In this document: piece after piece, positions 25,985-38,146 of the stretch
Position numbering within the stretch: position 1 is the first letter of the stretch
How the letters are laid out: each line of letters begins with the position of its first letter
From: Marsupella aquatica
Taxonomy: Eukaryota; Plantae; Marchantiophyta
Assembly: GCA_973895155.1 (NCBI GenBank)
Contig: OZ316899.1
Span: 10,166,287 to 10,230,286 of the forward strand
Direction: 5' to 3'
DNA: 64,000 bases
Position numbers and translations under genes: made by a program
The notes under the pieces: model-generated
What the model saw: the letters and a program-made list of their open reading frames with translations, nothing else
Databases searched by the model: none
Told to the model about the DNA's origin: nothing

Positions 25985-26366
25985 TTAGTACCATTCAAAT
26001 AATGGCAGCAAACCCTAAAAACTTATGGAGTTTTATACGTTGTATAAACCCCACACGTTTTCCTACCCTACGTAAACCCCCAATGTAACATCATTTATAT
26101 AAACCCCGGACAGCGTAACCCCCTGTTTGACGACATACTGTGACGTTTATGTCGTCCCTAAGAACGTACTATTTAGGGTTTATGAAAAGAACATCGTAAA
26201 AAACAACGTTACATTGGGAGAACGGGGGTTCTTCATGGTTTTGCGCATAGCTCAGCATTTTCCAAAGGAAAACATTGGGGTAATAGTCGAATGTGAGGCA
26301 TATTCGACGTCCCGGGCCCCAACTCCCCTCCTCTCTCTTTCTCTCATTCAATTCTGACCTCTACGT

Positions 26367-28551
26367 TTGACAGTTGCCCTTCCAATGTCTAAACCAGCCT
26401 ATCTTCCTTTCAGTGTGAACTTTGATGCAGACAAGGTGGCCATGGACAATTCAGAGGAGTTGGAGAAGGTGCATCGAGCTTTGCTTTCCACCCACCCATT
26501 GATCAACGCTTTCAATCAAAGTTGGAGATACTTGGGAGGAGTGGGAAGCAAAGAGTCCCAGTTTTGGGAGTACTTGGGCAATATCGAGGCCAATGCTCCT
26601 GCCGTGGATGAGGGTGAACAGATTCCCGCTGCAGAGTGCTTGGGGGAGCTTGGTGAGGCTTCAGTGAATCCTCTACCTTCGTTCCCTTCGCTACCAGATG
26701 ATGGTTGGGATGATCTAGCTTTCTTAGGAATGGCGCTTGATTCTCAGGTTCATTCTGGGACTCTTGTCAAAAGCCAAGTCAGGATCCCACATGATAGATA
26801 TGAGCCAGAGGATGGGGGGCAGGATTATCGTAGGAAGAGAAAGCATAGATCCCCTTCTAGGAGCAAAAGCAGTAGCATTGACAGGAGAAGACAAAAAGAG
26901 AAGGGAAAGGAGCGCAGACGTGTAGATGTAGACCCGAAGGTGGACAAGGGAAGGAGGCAATTACCTCGACAGTCACATTTGTCTCGTCCTCAGGCACCAA
27001 ATTCTGCCCAACAAGCTGCAACAAAACCCAACAACAGAGAGGAGCTCCCAACCATAATTTTGGTCGCTTTTGATGCAAAACCGGATGTTCTTGATGAGAA
27101 GGCACTCACCAATCGAGTGCAAACATGTTGTGCAAAACACTGCTCGGGTTGGACAACCTAGAAGGATTTGTCACATAACACCAAGAAATTTCAGACACTC
27201 CTCAATGATGTGCAGCGGTTCCGCAATGGGAGAGAAATTGACTTCCGTCACATGAGGCAAAAGATTGTAAATCACTTGGCGGATAGAAGGTTTAGGTGAA
27301 AAAACAAGGTTCAAAAATCAAAATCTTTGCAGACAGGGGAGTACCACAAACCTGAAGGGATGACTGAGGCTGATTTCAATCTGATCATCAACGAGTTGGA
27401 GGCAGACCCAGACACGGTAGTAGGAAAGCGAGTGCACATGGGGGACAAAGCAACAGCAGCTCAAAAGCAGACTAGCTGGCTTGCAATGTCCAATTTCTAG
27501 GGGCAGGGAGGACGGCGAGGCTTCCTTGCAACCTATGTAAGTGCCCCTCCTGATTTCCTTGTTGTTTGTGCGTACCAGAGCCTTGCGGTGAACTCCTGCT
27601 GCAAACGTCGTTTTTTCCAATTTTACGTCAAAAAATCCGCCAGTAACGTCGTCCCTCACATCATAGCCTCCTTCTTATGTACACCCTAACGATGTTTTTT
27701 TTGTGAAACGTCTTCTCATTAACGTTACAACTATGCTATCCGTCTTTATGTGGCATAAATTGACGTTATTGAATGTACGTCCCATTTCGCGGCGTACATT
27801 ACAATGTCCCTTACGACGTTACTAGTTTTGTTGGAGAAGCGCAAGTATGGACGAGAGGCTGAGCCTAGCAAGGAGGAACGACTATACTCCAAGCGGTATG
27901 GCCCTGCGGCATTGTGGGCCAAGTTGGATTCCACCCCAGAAGAGTTCCCTATAAGTAGGAATCCAACAACATTCCTTGGCAGTGCTAGTTGTATAAGCTC
28001 TATTGTGTCGGCATGTATTGATACATAGAATATGTCATGTGCAGGTGGATTGGACCCCTCCTCAGGGGTTAGTGGCACGCCCCATCATAGAGGATGAGCA
28101 GGTGGACATTGTACCCAATGAGGAGGGTACCCAGGAGGAGGCACCTCTAGCTTGCGGACAACAAGGCATTGCAGGCACACAGGCTCGTGATAGAGGCGAG
28201 GGAGGGAGAGAGAGAGGTGAGGGAGGGAGAGATAGAGGGAGGGAGAGAAGGGAGAGAGGGAGGGAGAGAGAGGGAGAGATAGAGGGAGGGAGAGAAGGGA
28301 GAGAGGGAGGGAGAGAGAGAGAGGGAGGACGAGGAGCCATGTCCACAGGGACGCCACCAGGAGATCCCGTGACACTAGAGGCAAGGGTGCGGAATAGACA
28401 AATCCTTTGTCCTCCAGTAGTAGTAGCTCAGATGAGGATGAGCAGAGGTTTGAGTTGCGCCGTTGAGGCAGACAGTCAGGAGGTGCGCAAGAGAGTTCCC
28501 TCCGTAGGTCTGGACGGAACAGGAGCCACTCTCACCGACATTAGGGTTTAG
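26367..28551 (+). pseudogene. CACTA-3 TnpA-like multi-exon gene, decayed
   Basis: 264-codon ORF, then a disrupted region ending ...GQGGRRGFLATY at a GTAAGT donor (~27537). Later low-complexity exons. Position mirrors the TnpA-like gene of CACTA-2. Confidence 0.45.
28190..28330 (+). repeat. GA/GGGA purine low-complexity repeat
   Basis: Near-pure purine GAGGGAGAGA tract. Confidence 0.9.
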
Positions 28552-29238
28552 GTTTAGGGTTTTGTTTGTAGGACTTCCTCCTGAATTTTGTAAATTTCCC
28601 AATTCTATTTTGATCTCACCCATATGTAGTGGTGCCACATTCCAGGATTGAACTGTGTACAATGGGCATGTATTGATCTTGAACACTTGATTGTGTATTT
28701 TGTATGTATTCCCTACCCCCTAAAACGCACAACCCGTCCACATAACCATGGAGCCCTAAACAACATCATACATCGGAATTAACATCCCCACAAAAGTCAG
28801 ATAATTTTAGTATACCTCATCTATGGGAAGAAGCCAACGTCTTATTTGCCGTTGTTAAGTTAATTACGTCGTTCCATATGACCAGCATAACGTCATGACC
28901 AATGACACACACTCACCTAAACATTGTTTATAAGGCCTCGTGAAAAACTATATGTATGACGTAATTAACTCTAACGTCGTATTAAAGGACGTAAACAACT
29001 GGAATTCTTTGAGTAAACTCTTCCCCTTGGAACGTCTTTATCAATTACATTCATAATGTTACGTCACTTAAAACGTGGCAACAAACGTCATTGTGGACGA
29101 CGTAAATGAGATCGTCTGGGTCTGGGCTCTTAACGTGCCCAGTTTCACGTTGCTGTAATTAACTTTGCTTTGGGGCAAGTTCACGTCGTGTTTAGCGTCA
29201 ACTCAGATTACGTTAAACCCTCAAGAAATGTAGTTGTG

Positions 29239-30662
29239 ATAGTATCATGCCTGTGAGAGTCTTGTGCCAAGACATTCCCACTTGCATTACCTTTCTGTTT
29301 CACCGATCAAGTTATGACGTCTCCATTCAATGGAACAATTATTTCCAAATCAAATTCAACTACGTTGAAAAGAAGGAGATTGGTCACTTCTTCAAATAGA
29401 CGTGGAGACCCTGTCATGTCCGCATATCTGAAAGCCAGCTCAAAGATAGTGGGTCCAGTTCCCCGATGTAATCCTCGATCGTATGTAGTATAAGCTGCGA
29501 TCTGACATACGGCTCGGTTTTGGTCAGTTTTGCATCCCTCCATGAGGCCAACCTGCTTCTTCATTTGCCACGCCTTCATGCTTGCATGCACTGATTCCGA
29601 ACCAATACAATTTGGAATCATACCTGCCTCCGCAACACTCTTGCTAAATTTCGGTGACAGAGCAAGAGTGTTGCGGAGTATTCGCGATAAGTATTGGTTG
29701 TATTTCCGCTATTTGTACTCTAACTATTAGTAGCGCCTGGCGCTATTAAATCTATTGCATCAATGTCATGTTGGTAGTTGCAAAAGTCTCCTTGTTCACA
29801 CTAGCGCTTGGCGCTACTATACCGGACCAAGGAATTGGACTTTGAGTACTCATTTTCTGTAGTATAGCTATTACAAAACATTGATAAAAGGCTATCGTGA
29901 ATCTAAGAAAAGACTTACCAGTCTTATGAAGTTTCCCCACTGTCTCCAACGGACCACCCACTATGAGAGCCATCCTTGCAACATTTGAAGCTTCCCTTGA
30001 TGGCAATTTCCAGCTCGCCACCAATCATTGATCTCTCTTGACATACGATATGCTTCCAAAAATGTTTTCGCGTTACGAAGACCGTCCCACATCTTCTTGT
30101 GTTCTTCGAGTTTTCCTTCTAGAACACCTTTGTGTGAATGCCAATGAAATGACTCATAAAAATGAAATGCATCTGATCGCTCTCGGTCAGGGTCAGGTAC
30201 CCCATTGAAGAAACCATTTTTCACCGCATTCCAACCCGCTTGGGCATTGTCCGCCATGAATCCTCAAATTTGAATGTTCTCCATGCCATTTTCACTCGCA
30301 ACTTCTATCATCAATCGCCAAGCTCTCTCTAAGGACTTGGTGTCTTCAGCTTTTAACTCACAAGTGAACATTGTACAAAGTGCCCGATAGTGATGATCAT
30401 ATACATGAACACTAAAGGTTAGCCAGTCTGATGTAATTTTGTGCATGATGTCAAAACTCACTCATGACCCCTCCAATGAACCACCAGGCTGCATTTTCTG
30501 GAGAAGGTCAATCCTAGATGCTTCCCCTTTCACAGTCATCTCTATTTTGAGGTCTCCTTCTAAATGATCTAGATGATTGAGAGGGATAGTCTCTAGCGGG
30601 CGTGGGTCACTTCGAAGATGGTATGGCCGCCATGGATCCCTGTTAGAGTCACCTAAGCTCAT
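29239..30662 (-). pseudogene. Mutator-like (MULE) DDE transposase remnant, interrupted by CACTA-3
   Basis: VSFDIMHK..WLTFSVHVYD..LCTMFTCELK.ED, GFMADNAQAGWNAV, RERSDAFHFYES, ESVHAS, RGTGPTIFEL. Intron ~29710-29918. Coding frame runs to the 29238 junction. Confidence 0.7.
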
Positions 30663-32098
30663 GCTGATGTGACATGCTCAAAGAGATCAATCAGTCTTCC
30701 TCTAAACCTCAAAATAGAGGGTATGGCATGCATGACAGTAAACAAGAAACAGGTTTACTGGTACCAGCAAAAATTTTCCTGTTACCAACAAAAAGTTACT
30801 GTTACTAGGAAAAATAACCATGTCAAAATATTTTCTAAAAAGTCACATTTTCCAAAAAAAATTAAATTACAATATTTTTGGCTAGCTTTGGGCGCTAGCA
30901 TTACCAGCGTCGGGCGCTAGCAAAAACAAAAAAAAAAATCAAAAAAAAAATTCAAAAAAAATTCAAAAAAAATTACCACTCATTTTCCTGTTACCAGTTT
31001 CTGTTTCCTGTTACTGTTTGTTATTTCCTGTCGTTTGTAAATACCCCAAAATAGAGACCAAATCCCTAAAATCTGCATGAAGGTGTTCCAACTCTTCAAC
31101 ACATATCTCTCTTGGTAATAGACACCTATATGTGAGATAATCATGAGGAGATGAAGCACTCACAGACGCTCCTAATGAGCCCTTACATGCCCCAAGTCGT
31201 TGACGCAAATAGTAGAGATCAAAGTCGAAAATTCGCAAAATTGTCCCAAAATTGCATTTCGGTGAAGTCAAAATGTCGACAACTGTATCTCACTTGATAG
31301 AGCTTCATTTTTGGAGTTCTTTATATCGATCTTGCACGCCTTGATGAGAGCTTTCCAACCATGCTAAAATCTCCTACTCTTGTCAAGCGGTTGAAGAGTT
31401 ACGACCAAAATAGATCACGGATGTGCTCAAAATGGCATTTTGAGAACTGACGATAACTTGAAAGTTTGTGTTTGACCTGTCCCTGTACAAGTCGACCTCC
31501 CTCTATTCATGAACGTCTTTCACCTTCAGTGAACTCTACAATTATCACTCAAAACCAAATCTGATTGATGAAGCAATCACCAGATTGCCACATCGGCGAA
31601 TGTAATCCCGTCAAGATAGTTCTTCTTGAGTAATACGTATGTAGCATGTAGAGTGAGTAGTACATAAGAAAACCAGCAGCATGCCATGATGTGCTGGGAG
31701 TATCTAAAGAGTCATAGCCAATCCTCAAATGTGTGGAGGTGCCATGGAGTGTGCTGCCACAGCCAAGTGCTTGCAATGCTAAAGCTAAGACTCAAGAAGA
31801 ACTGAAGTGAATGTGCAATGTGCAATGAGCAATCTAAGTATGTTGGCTCTGGAGTGCTCCTAACAAAGACTATTTGCTTCAAGAACAACCAGGGTTTGCT
31901 ACAAGAACATTGCCCAAAGTGCTACTAAGAGGAGAATGCTTGCTTAGAGAACACCAAGCATATCTATTATAGCTTGCCTATATGGCCTCTAAATGATGAA
32001 CCTAAACTACCATAATATCCTAGCGGGCGTGCACAGGGCATGGTGACGGGCGATGATAACCATGCACTCTCGCACAATAGATATACAATTGGAACTTC

Positions 32099-32542
32099 TC
32101 AAACCTCCATCTTCACAACCACGGGATCCACTGGGACCCTTTTTGGGACATCAAATGAAAGGGGAGAATTTTTTCCCTCGTCTTCCGAAGTGTCCAAGAT
32201 ATTGACAACATTGACACCACTGGAAACAGGACATGGATCTGCCGATGCTTGAGAATCTTCCAAAACAAAGACCTCGTATACTTTATCTGGGTACATCGTC
32301 CAAAACCTAAGACCATCAATGACATCGTAGAAGATGGTATTTCCCTTCAAATTCTTAGGGAGAAGGGACACAGAGAGAATACACTCTTTTGAAACATCAA
32401 ATCTTATCCCCAAGTATTCATCCAAAACTCTTCTTGATTGAGATTCAAGGGAAACGATAACCGTGATGACATCCCGTGTGTCCTTGCGTATAATTATAAA
32501 TGATCCTCCCATTTCAGTGGAAGAGAATAATGGATGCCTCAC
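32099..32542 (-). CDS. Hypothetical protein; possibly the N-terminal exon of the MULE gene
   Basis: 147-codon ORF on the same strand as the MULE, downstream of the palindrome cluster at 32714-32851. No recognised domain. Confidence 0.3.
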   Translation of the reverse strand: MRHPLFSSTEMGGSFIIIRKDTRDVITVIVSLESQSRRVLDEYLGIRFDVSKECILSVSLLPKNLKGNTIFYDVIDGLRFWTMYPDKVYEVFVLEDSQASADPCPVSSGVNVVNILDTSEDEGKNSPLSFDVPKRVPVDPVVVKMEV

Positions 32543-33513
32543 TTTGCCAATCGGTTTAAGGCTTGTTTGATATATGAGGTTAATAAGAACATTATAAATG
32601 AACGTTGAATAATGACAAAGAAATATATGTTAAGCGTTTGGACAATGTAAATCAATTGAGTTTTGTTGTTTTTCAACGGTTGTATTGAACCAACTAATTG
32701 GTCTGTAGTTTAATAGCGTCGGGCGCTACTTTTGTGAACGGAGAACAACTAAACAGTGGAAGCATGAATCTGGACCGAATACAATAGCGCCTAGCGCTAC
32801 TTTAGAGGAGGAGAGGGAAAGCTCCAATCATAATAATAGCGCTCGGCGCTATCATCACCACCCGTACGTTATAACTCTAACAACCGACAGGAAATCCGTG
32901 ACGTTGTCCAAATACACACGTGTGCATTAAAGTTTTCACAATCGCAAGATCTCAAAAATTGACCGACGCATCTTAGGCATCTATCCCATGATCAGAAACC
33001 ATTACATCTGAGACGTCCATCCGGGGTTTGAACGTACTCAACTCTATCGCCAAAACCAGGCCATTGAGACTGCCTCCCATCATTTGGCATTCTTCATTCT
33101 CAAAAAATTTCTTGCGCTCACTCCTCCGGTTTTATTTGAGAAACTTTTGTTTCAGTCTTGATCTTTCAGAGTCACTCGTTAAAGTTTTCATGGCTCCACC
33201 ACAAGCAAAAGGGAAGGCAAAGGTTACATTTAGAAGTGACAGCAATGGAGAGGGTGCCCTACAAAAAACCGTCAAACACGAATGTTGTCAACTTTCTTCA
33301 CAAATTCCTGAACAAAAAAAACTTAGATCTCTCCGCACCATGATCTCCGTTCAACGATTTCTTTGCACCGTTAGAAAGCCCTTGCCCCGATCTATCTACT
33401 GAGCCCAAAAACTCCAAGTTTCATGCAACAAAACTCTAGGAAATCCACCAACACTCAAAGCTGGGAAAAACCGTCACAAAATCCCGTCACGAACAATGTC
33501 ACCTCCCAGACAT

Positions 33514-33525
33514 GCTCTGATACCA
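33514..33525 (-). other. tRNA-Met(i) primer-binding site next to an LTR remnant (LTR from 33528 rightwards)
   Basis: GCTCTGATACCA (TGGTATCAGAGC on the minus strand), 2 nt from TGTTG. LTR-like ACGTGGTTC...GCTACGTCCAC at ~33601-33631. No coding region is retained. Confidence 0.7.
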
Positions 33526-34116
33526 ATTGTTGAGCATAGACAACAATTGCAACGGTAAGCACATGACACATCCAACTCCCAAGTAGTCGACACAAGAGAA
33601 ACGTGGTTCACCTCCTTGAGGCTACGTCCACGGGAACACACAAGAGAGCTTTACTGAACTCTAAACCCGTCGGCTATACCAAGTCTCTATAGTGTAAGCC
33701 CTCCTCATCTCTCAAGTGACTCCATAACGAGATAGGTAACATCATCAGTTATCAGTGACTGATAACTGATATTAGTCACTGATATCAGTGAAGGGTCCAT
33801 AGTGAGGGGATGTGGGCAAGGTCTCTGACATTGGCAAGGATATGTCGGCGTACTCGCCAACATCGTAAAATCATTCAAGCGGACCCAATATGTCCTTTTC
33901 GTACACATTAATGCAACCAAATTAGAATGTCAGCAAGACCGCCGACTTGATCTTTACTATAATTGTTTTGGAAACTTCATACATTGTCTCTCCTTGGTGG
34001 GTTAGACGCTACGCTTGGCTGTTTCGTGTTGGGAAAAGATCTCGGTAAGGGTCGCCAACTTCACAAAGTTGCGTGCTCAAAACTAAGCTGCCTGCTCAAA
34101 ACCGCAAAATGTGTTA

Positions 34117-34402
34117 GAGACCCTCGCCTAGTGTTGCATGTCATTGGCGATCTAATGTACGTCCAGCAATCTGACGTACGCCAACATATCTTGGAGAAGG
34201 CCGCCGAGATCTGGCCAAGAATCATCTCAGAGACCCTCGCCAAGTTTTGCATGTCGGCGAGGTGGTCGACATTGGTGATCTGACGTACATCCAGCGATTT
34301 GACGTACGCCAATATATCTCGGAGAAGGCCATCGAGATCTGACCAAGATTCATCTTAGAGACCCAAGCTGAGTTATGCATGTCGGCGAGGTAGCCGACAT
34401 TG
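34117..34402. repeat. Degenerate tandem repeat, ~110-126-bp unit, ~2.3 copies
   Basis: Repeated AGAGACCCTCGCC...TTGCATGTC...GACGTACGCCAA.ATATCT.GGAGAAGGCC..CGAGATCTG.CCAAGA.TCATCT. Confidence 0.8.
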
Positions 34403-34577
34403 AAAAAACACCATGCCAAACATGTTTGTCGTGCAACTGTCAAGTAATTTATTAATCACAAACTTGTACAAAATTTGTCCATGTTACAAAATCTGAACCA
34501 AAACTACCAGGGGTGAGGATAAATTCTTCTAAACTAACCCTAAACCAACAATGGCGGCCGACCTAAACCCTAAATGA

Positions 34578-35156
34578 TCAAATGTCATCACTATGAAGCC
34601 CGTACCCACTATTGGGATTGTTGCTCTCCCAACTCGCTACATTGTCATACCACAACAATGTGTGTAGCCTATTCTCCACCCATAGCTTGACCCTTCCAAG
34701 CTCATCCTCGTCAAAGAAACTATCATACAGATCCCTCTCATATCTCTCTGTCCTCCAAACATAATATGCCACCCAAGACTTCAATGATATAGGTGACATC
34801 ATCGCGAGGGCATCAATAGGAGGAATTTGATGCAAGAGGACTCGAAACATGGACGCGGTTGAGTATCGAGTCCAATGTCGATTTTTAGATATGTTTTCAA
34901 CAATGTCCAGCAGCACTTTTATGGCTGCCCATCCCTTTGAATGAGTCATTAGGAATCTCCATTTCCTACTAACTCTTGACAATACACGCATGTTGTTGAT
35001 TGCGTTGAATGTAGCATTATCATCTCTGCCATGAGGCCAAATGTGTCCCTCCGTCAGATCATCCGGGAGGCCAGGGATCAGACTCTGCTTTCGGGCGTCC
35101 TGATTGCGCAATGGATAACGCATAGGCTGCCCCCCAAACTCCCGGGAGAACTCCAT
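34578..35156 (-). CDS. F-box-like protein
   Basis: SLIPGLPDDL...IWP...LSRVSRKWRFLM..SKGWAA; 192-codon open frame. Confidence 0.65.
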   Translation of the reverse strand: MEFSREFGGQPMRYPLRNQDARKQSLIPGLPDDLTEGHIWPHGRDDNATFNAINNMRVLSRVSRKWRFLMTHSKGWAAIKVLLDIVENISKNRHWTRYSTASMFRVLLHQIPPIDALAMMSPISLKSWVAYYVWRTERYERDLYDSFFDEDELGRVKLWVENRLHTLLWYDNVASWESNNPNSGYGLHSDDI

Positions 35157-35878
35157 ATTGACAACTTATTGGAAAGAGCTATCAATTTCAGCTCAGTAAT
35201 GGTCGTCCTGAACTTCTCAAGCCGTGCAACGCACTTCTCATGATAACACCTCTGCGCATTGGATCCTTCCATGTTGAACAAGAGAATAGTGTCAAGTGGA
35301 GTCCTCCATGATAAGGCAACCAAAGAGTGAATAGTGATATGGATGATTGACCTCACACATTTTGCCCAAAGCTTATGGTTTTATTGCTAGGAGCAGACGA
35401 ACTAAAAAAACATTGTCTAAATATTATGGGACTGTTCGATATATTACGGGGTCTCCTATATGTTATCCATCTCAGAGAGGGTCTCTAAGATTTTGCGGAT
35501 TGTGCCCGCCAATTTGTCAACACAATATAGTAGACTTATCTCAGAGACTCTGACCAACTTCACAAGGACAAAAGTGATGGTAAACAACCTCTCCAAGACA
35601 CATCTCAGAGACCCTCGCCAACATGAGAAGGACAATTGTGTACTGCTATGTATGTTGAAGAGGTCACTAACATAACAAGAACACCGCATTGAGATTCCGC
35701 TCAAAAAACGTCCAAACTTTTACTATTCAAAATTGTTTGTACAAAATTGTTCTAATTGGTCTATTACACAAAATTGGTCTAATTGTTCTAATTCGTCTAT
35801 TACACTAATGCAGGCTGATATTTGACATGGCATTCAATGTGGGCAAACAACTTTCACATTGGTGCTCAGTCAATGCCG

Positions 35879-36286
35879 CTAAAAATTATCACAATTAACA
35901 GGAACACCATTATCAAGTCTTTCTTGAACCTGTTCAATGTACCAGTTATCAACACAAGTACTTTTCCAAGACTCTACTCGGGCTTGCTCAAGACCATATA
36001 CGGAGAGGTAGCAGTCCACTTCCTCTGAAGCACATAACAACCAAGAATCGATCCTTCCATTTAAGATACTATCAGACAACCGACTCCAAACATCAATCGG
36101 TGGGAATGCTCTCACTGAATCTCGAAAGAACAAAGGGATCACTGTAGGCCATCTTACGTGACAAAATGCTATAGTTGTAGTCATTGCAGCCCATAGTATG
36201 GAGTTTGTTATCAAATGTCTCCATTTCCTATTGATATGAGCAACTGATCGCACCGTCAGGAAGAGAGTCTTCACTGGATGATGACC
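35879..36286 (-). pseudogene. Paralogous F-box-like gene, 5' end cut off by the gypsy insertion
   Basis: VAHINRKWRHLITNSILWAA...FPPID, similar to the 34578 gene. Abuts the LTR start at 36287. Confidence 0.55.
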
Positions 36287-38146
36287 TGTGATGCCTAGCC
36301 AGGAATCACTAAGCCCGATTTACATGGTAAGCAGGAGTGTACCCTGGAAACACCTTAGCATAGGACCAAAAACAAGGAAAATATAAACAATTAAGGGTGA
36401 CTATGGAACCCGGGCCGAGGCCGGAAGTAAGGACGCCAGGGGAGAGAACACGATTAGGGTTAGGGCGCGCTAAGCGTCGGCGGCTAGGGGTGCCTAACGG
36501 GAGGAGGGACCAGAGGAGGAGAGGGGTAAGAACCGCTCGCGAGGAATAGTGGCTCATTTGCAAGAACGAACTGGGCAGACGACTACGGGAGGCCAAATGC
36601 TGTCAGCTGCTTAGACAAGCACTCGGGGTGGGAACAGATACCAACGATCGATCAAGGAGGGTATGAGCAACGTCAATCAAGCGGCACATTTTTGGGGATG
36701 CCTGTTCGAACGGGCAGGTGAGTATGTCAGGACTTACGAGGACAAAGAATCGGAGAGAGCAGCTCGAGAACGGCAGGAGCTCGCTCGGCTCTGGGAACTA
36801 CAGAAGACGGCTTTCTTAGGAGGAGAACTTATCAAGGCCGAGTTCTTGTGGACTTCTACTGCCAATCAGCTCGACAACCTTCTGTTTTGCGAAAACAAAA
36901 TCGTCGGCATCCGGGAAGCCATCAATCACTGCAACGACCTACACTGGGAGTTGAAGGGTAACACGGAGGGGTGGACGAAGGCAATCTTGCTAGGAGAAAC
37001 ATCCACGGCAGCCGAGATGAAGAGGAAAGGAAACAACAACGACGAGGCCACCCCGGCAAAAAGAACGAGGTCGGCGGCACCTAGGAAGCCAGCAGAGCAG
37101 CCAAGCAGGACAAGGGGAGAAGCCGATGAGGAAGAGTTCGATCCCATCAATGCCATTCCAACAAACGATGACACCTGGAAAGGCTGGGCGGCGACCCTGC
37201 CGGAGGAAGTGCAATTACACTTTGCACGGGAGGAGGATGCATGCTTTACGGCCATGCAGACCAAGAAGTACCAAGGCTTCATGGTCGGATCCGGCTTGGA
37301 AGCCTTCGTAAGATTACCCTGGCTGAAGCCGGAGGTGCCGGACTCAGACTTGTTAGAATTCATGGGATCATGGGAACCCGAGACCAATTCCATGAGGGTG
37401 TATGGGAAGGATTTCTATCTCACTCCCCGGGTGATTGCTGAAGTGTTTGGCTTGCTGATGGGTAATAAGACCAAGGTTGATACCAGGAAGACCTTACCTG
37501 ACAAGGAGTTTCGGTCGTTTCCAGGACCATCAACAAAGAATGGCTTCTTCTGGAACACCTGCACCAACCCGCACATCGGAGAGATGATTGATTTCTTGCG
37601 AGTGACCATGCACTGTAACTTGCCGAGGGCAGAGATCGGCAAGGCTCAGGTCTACCTGGCAGAAAGGCCAGACCCAAGCTGGGATTACAACGGGTACCTC
37701 CTCAACCAACTGAAGAAGATCTTGAAGGAGGAACAGCAGGTGATCAGCGTGGGAAGCGTGTCCCGGCTTGGCTATCACATGCCGCTGTTGTGCCGGTATG
37801 CCAGAAGTCAAATCTTTGCCCCAGTACTTCCCCTATCGGCAAGGGCACCGGAGGAGGTCCCGGAGCAGAGGCCGGCACCAGAGAAGCCCAACCAGCCCGA
37901 CAGTCCGACGATCGAGCAGGTGTTTAGACCAAGGAAAGAAGACTTGCCGATGCAGCAACCAGGCATGCAAAATCTGCTGAAATTACTGGAGAAGGAAAAG
38001 AGAACGGTTCCGGAAACGACAACGGCACAGGACGCTGCCCCAGAAGTCGACCTAAGCCGACTTAGAAGGGAAGACCCCTTTACCGGAACCAAGGAGAGAT
38101 TAAGGCCGGAACACAAGCCGGGAGTGCGAATGTACGTGGGAGCCTC

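Larger units (their letters stand above)
24122..29238 (-). mobile_element. CACTA-like transposon 3, right-hand part (remainder displaced by CACTA-1)
   Basis: End ...GAAATGTAGTTGTG at 29238 (reverse complement CACAACTACA). AACGTC/GACGT repeats at 28830-29215. Same divergent TnpA / Zn-SET layout as CACTA-2. Confidence 0.65.

Noticed and set aside
31470-32035. Possible solo LTR inside the MULE region
   Set aside because: LTR-like composition, but no matching TG...CA pair with a TSD could be established.
34117-34402. CRISPR-like array
   Set aside because: Plain degenerate tandem repeat without unique spacers, in a eukaryotic context with no cas genes.
36309-37642. Antisense ORFs recurring in each LTR (e.g. 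MASRSRLPSS..., MELVSGSHDP...)
   Set aside because: Best explained as shadows of the repeated, purine-rich sense ORF; lengths vary and no domain is recognisable.
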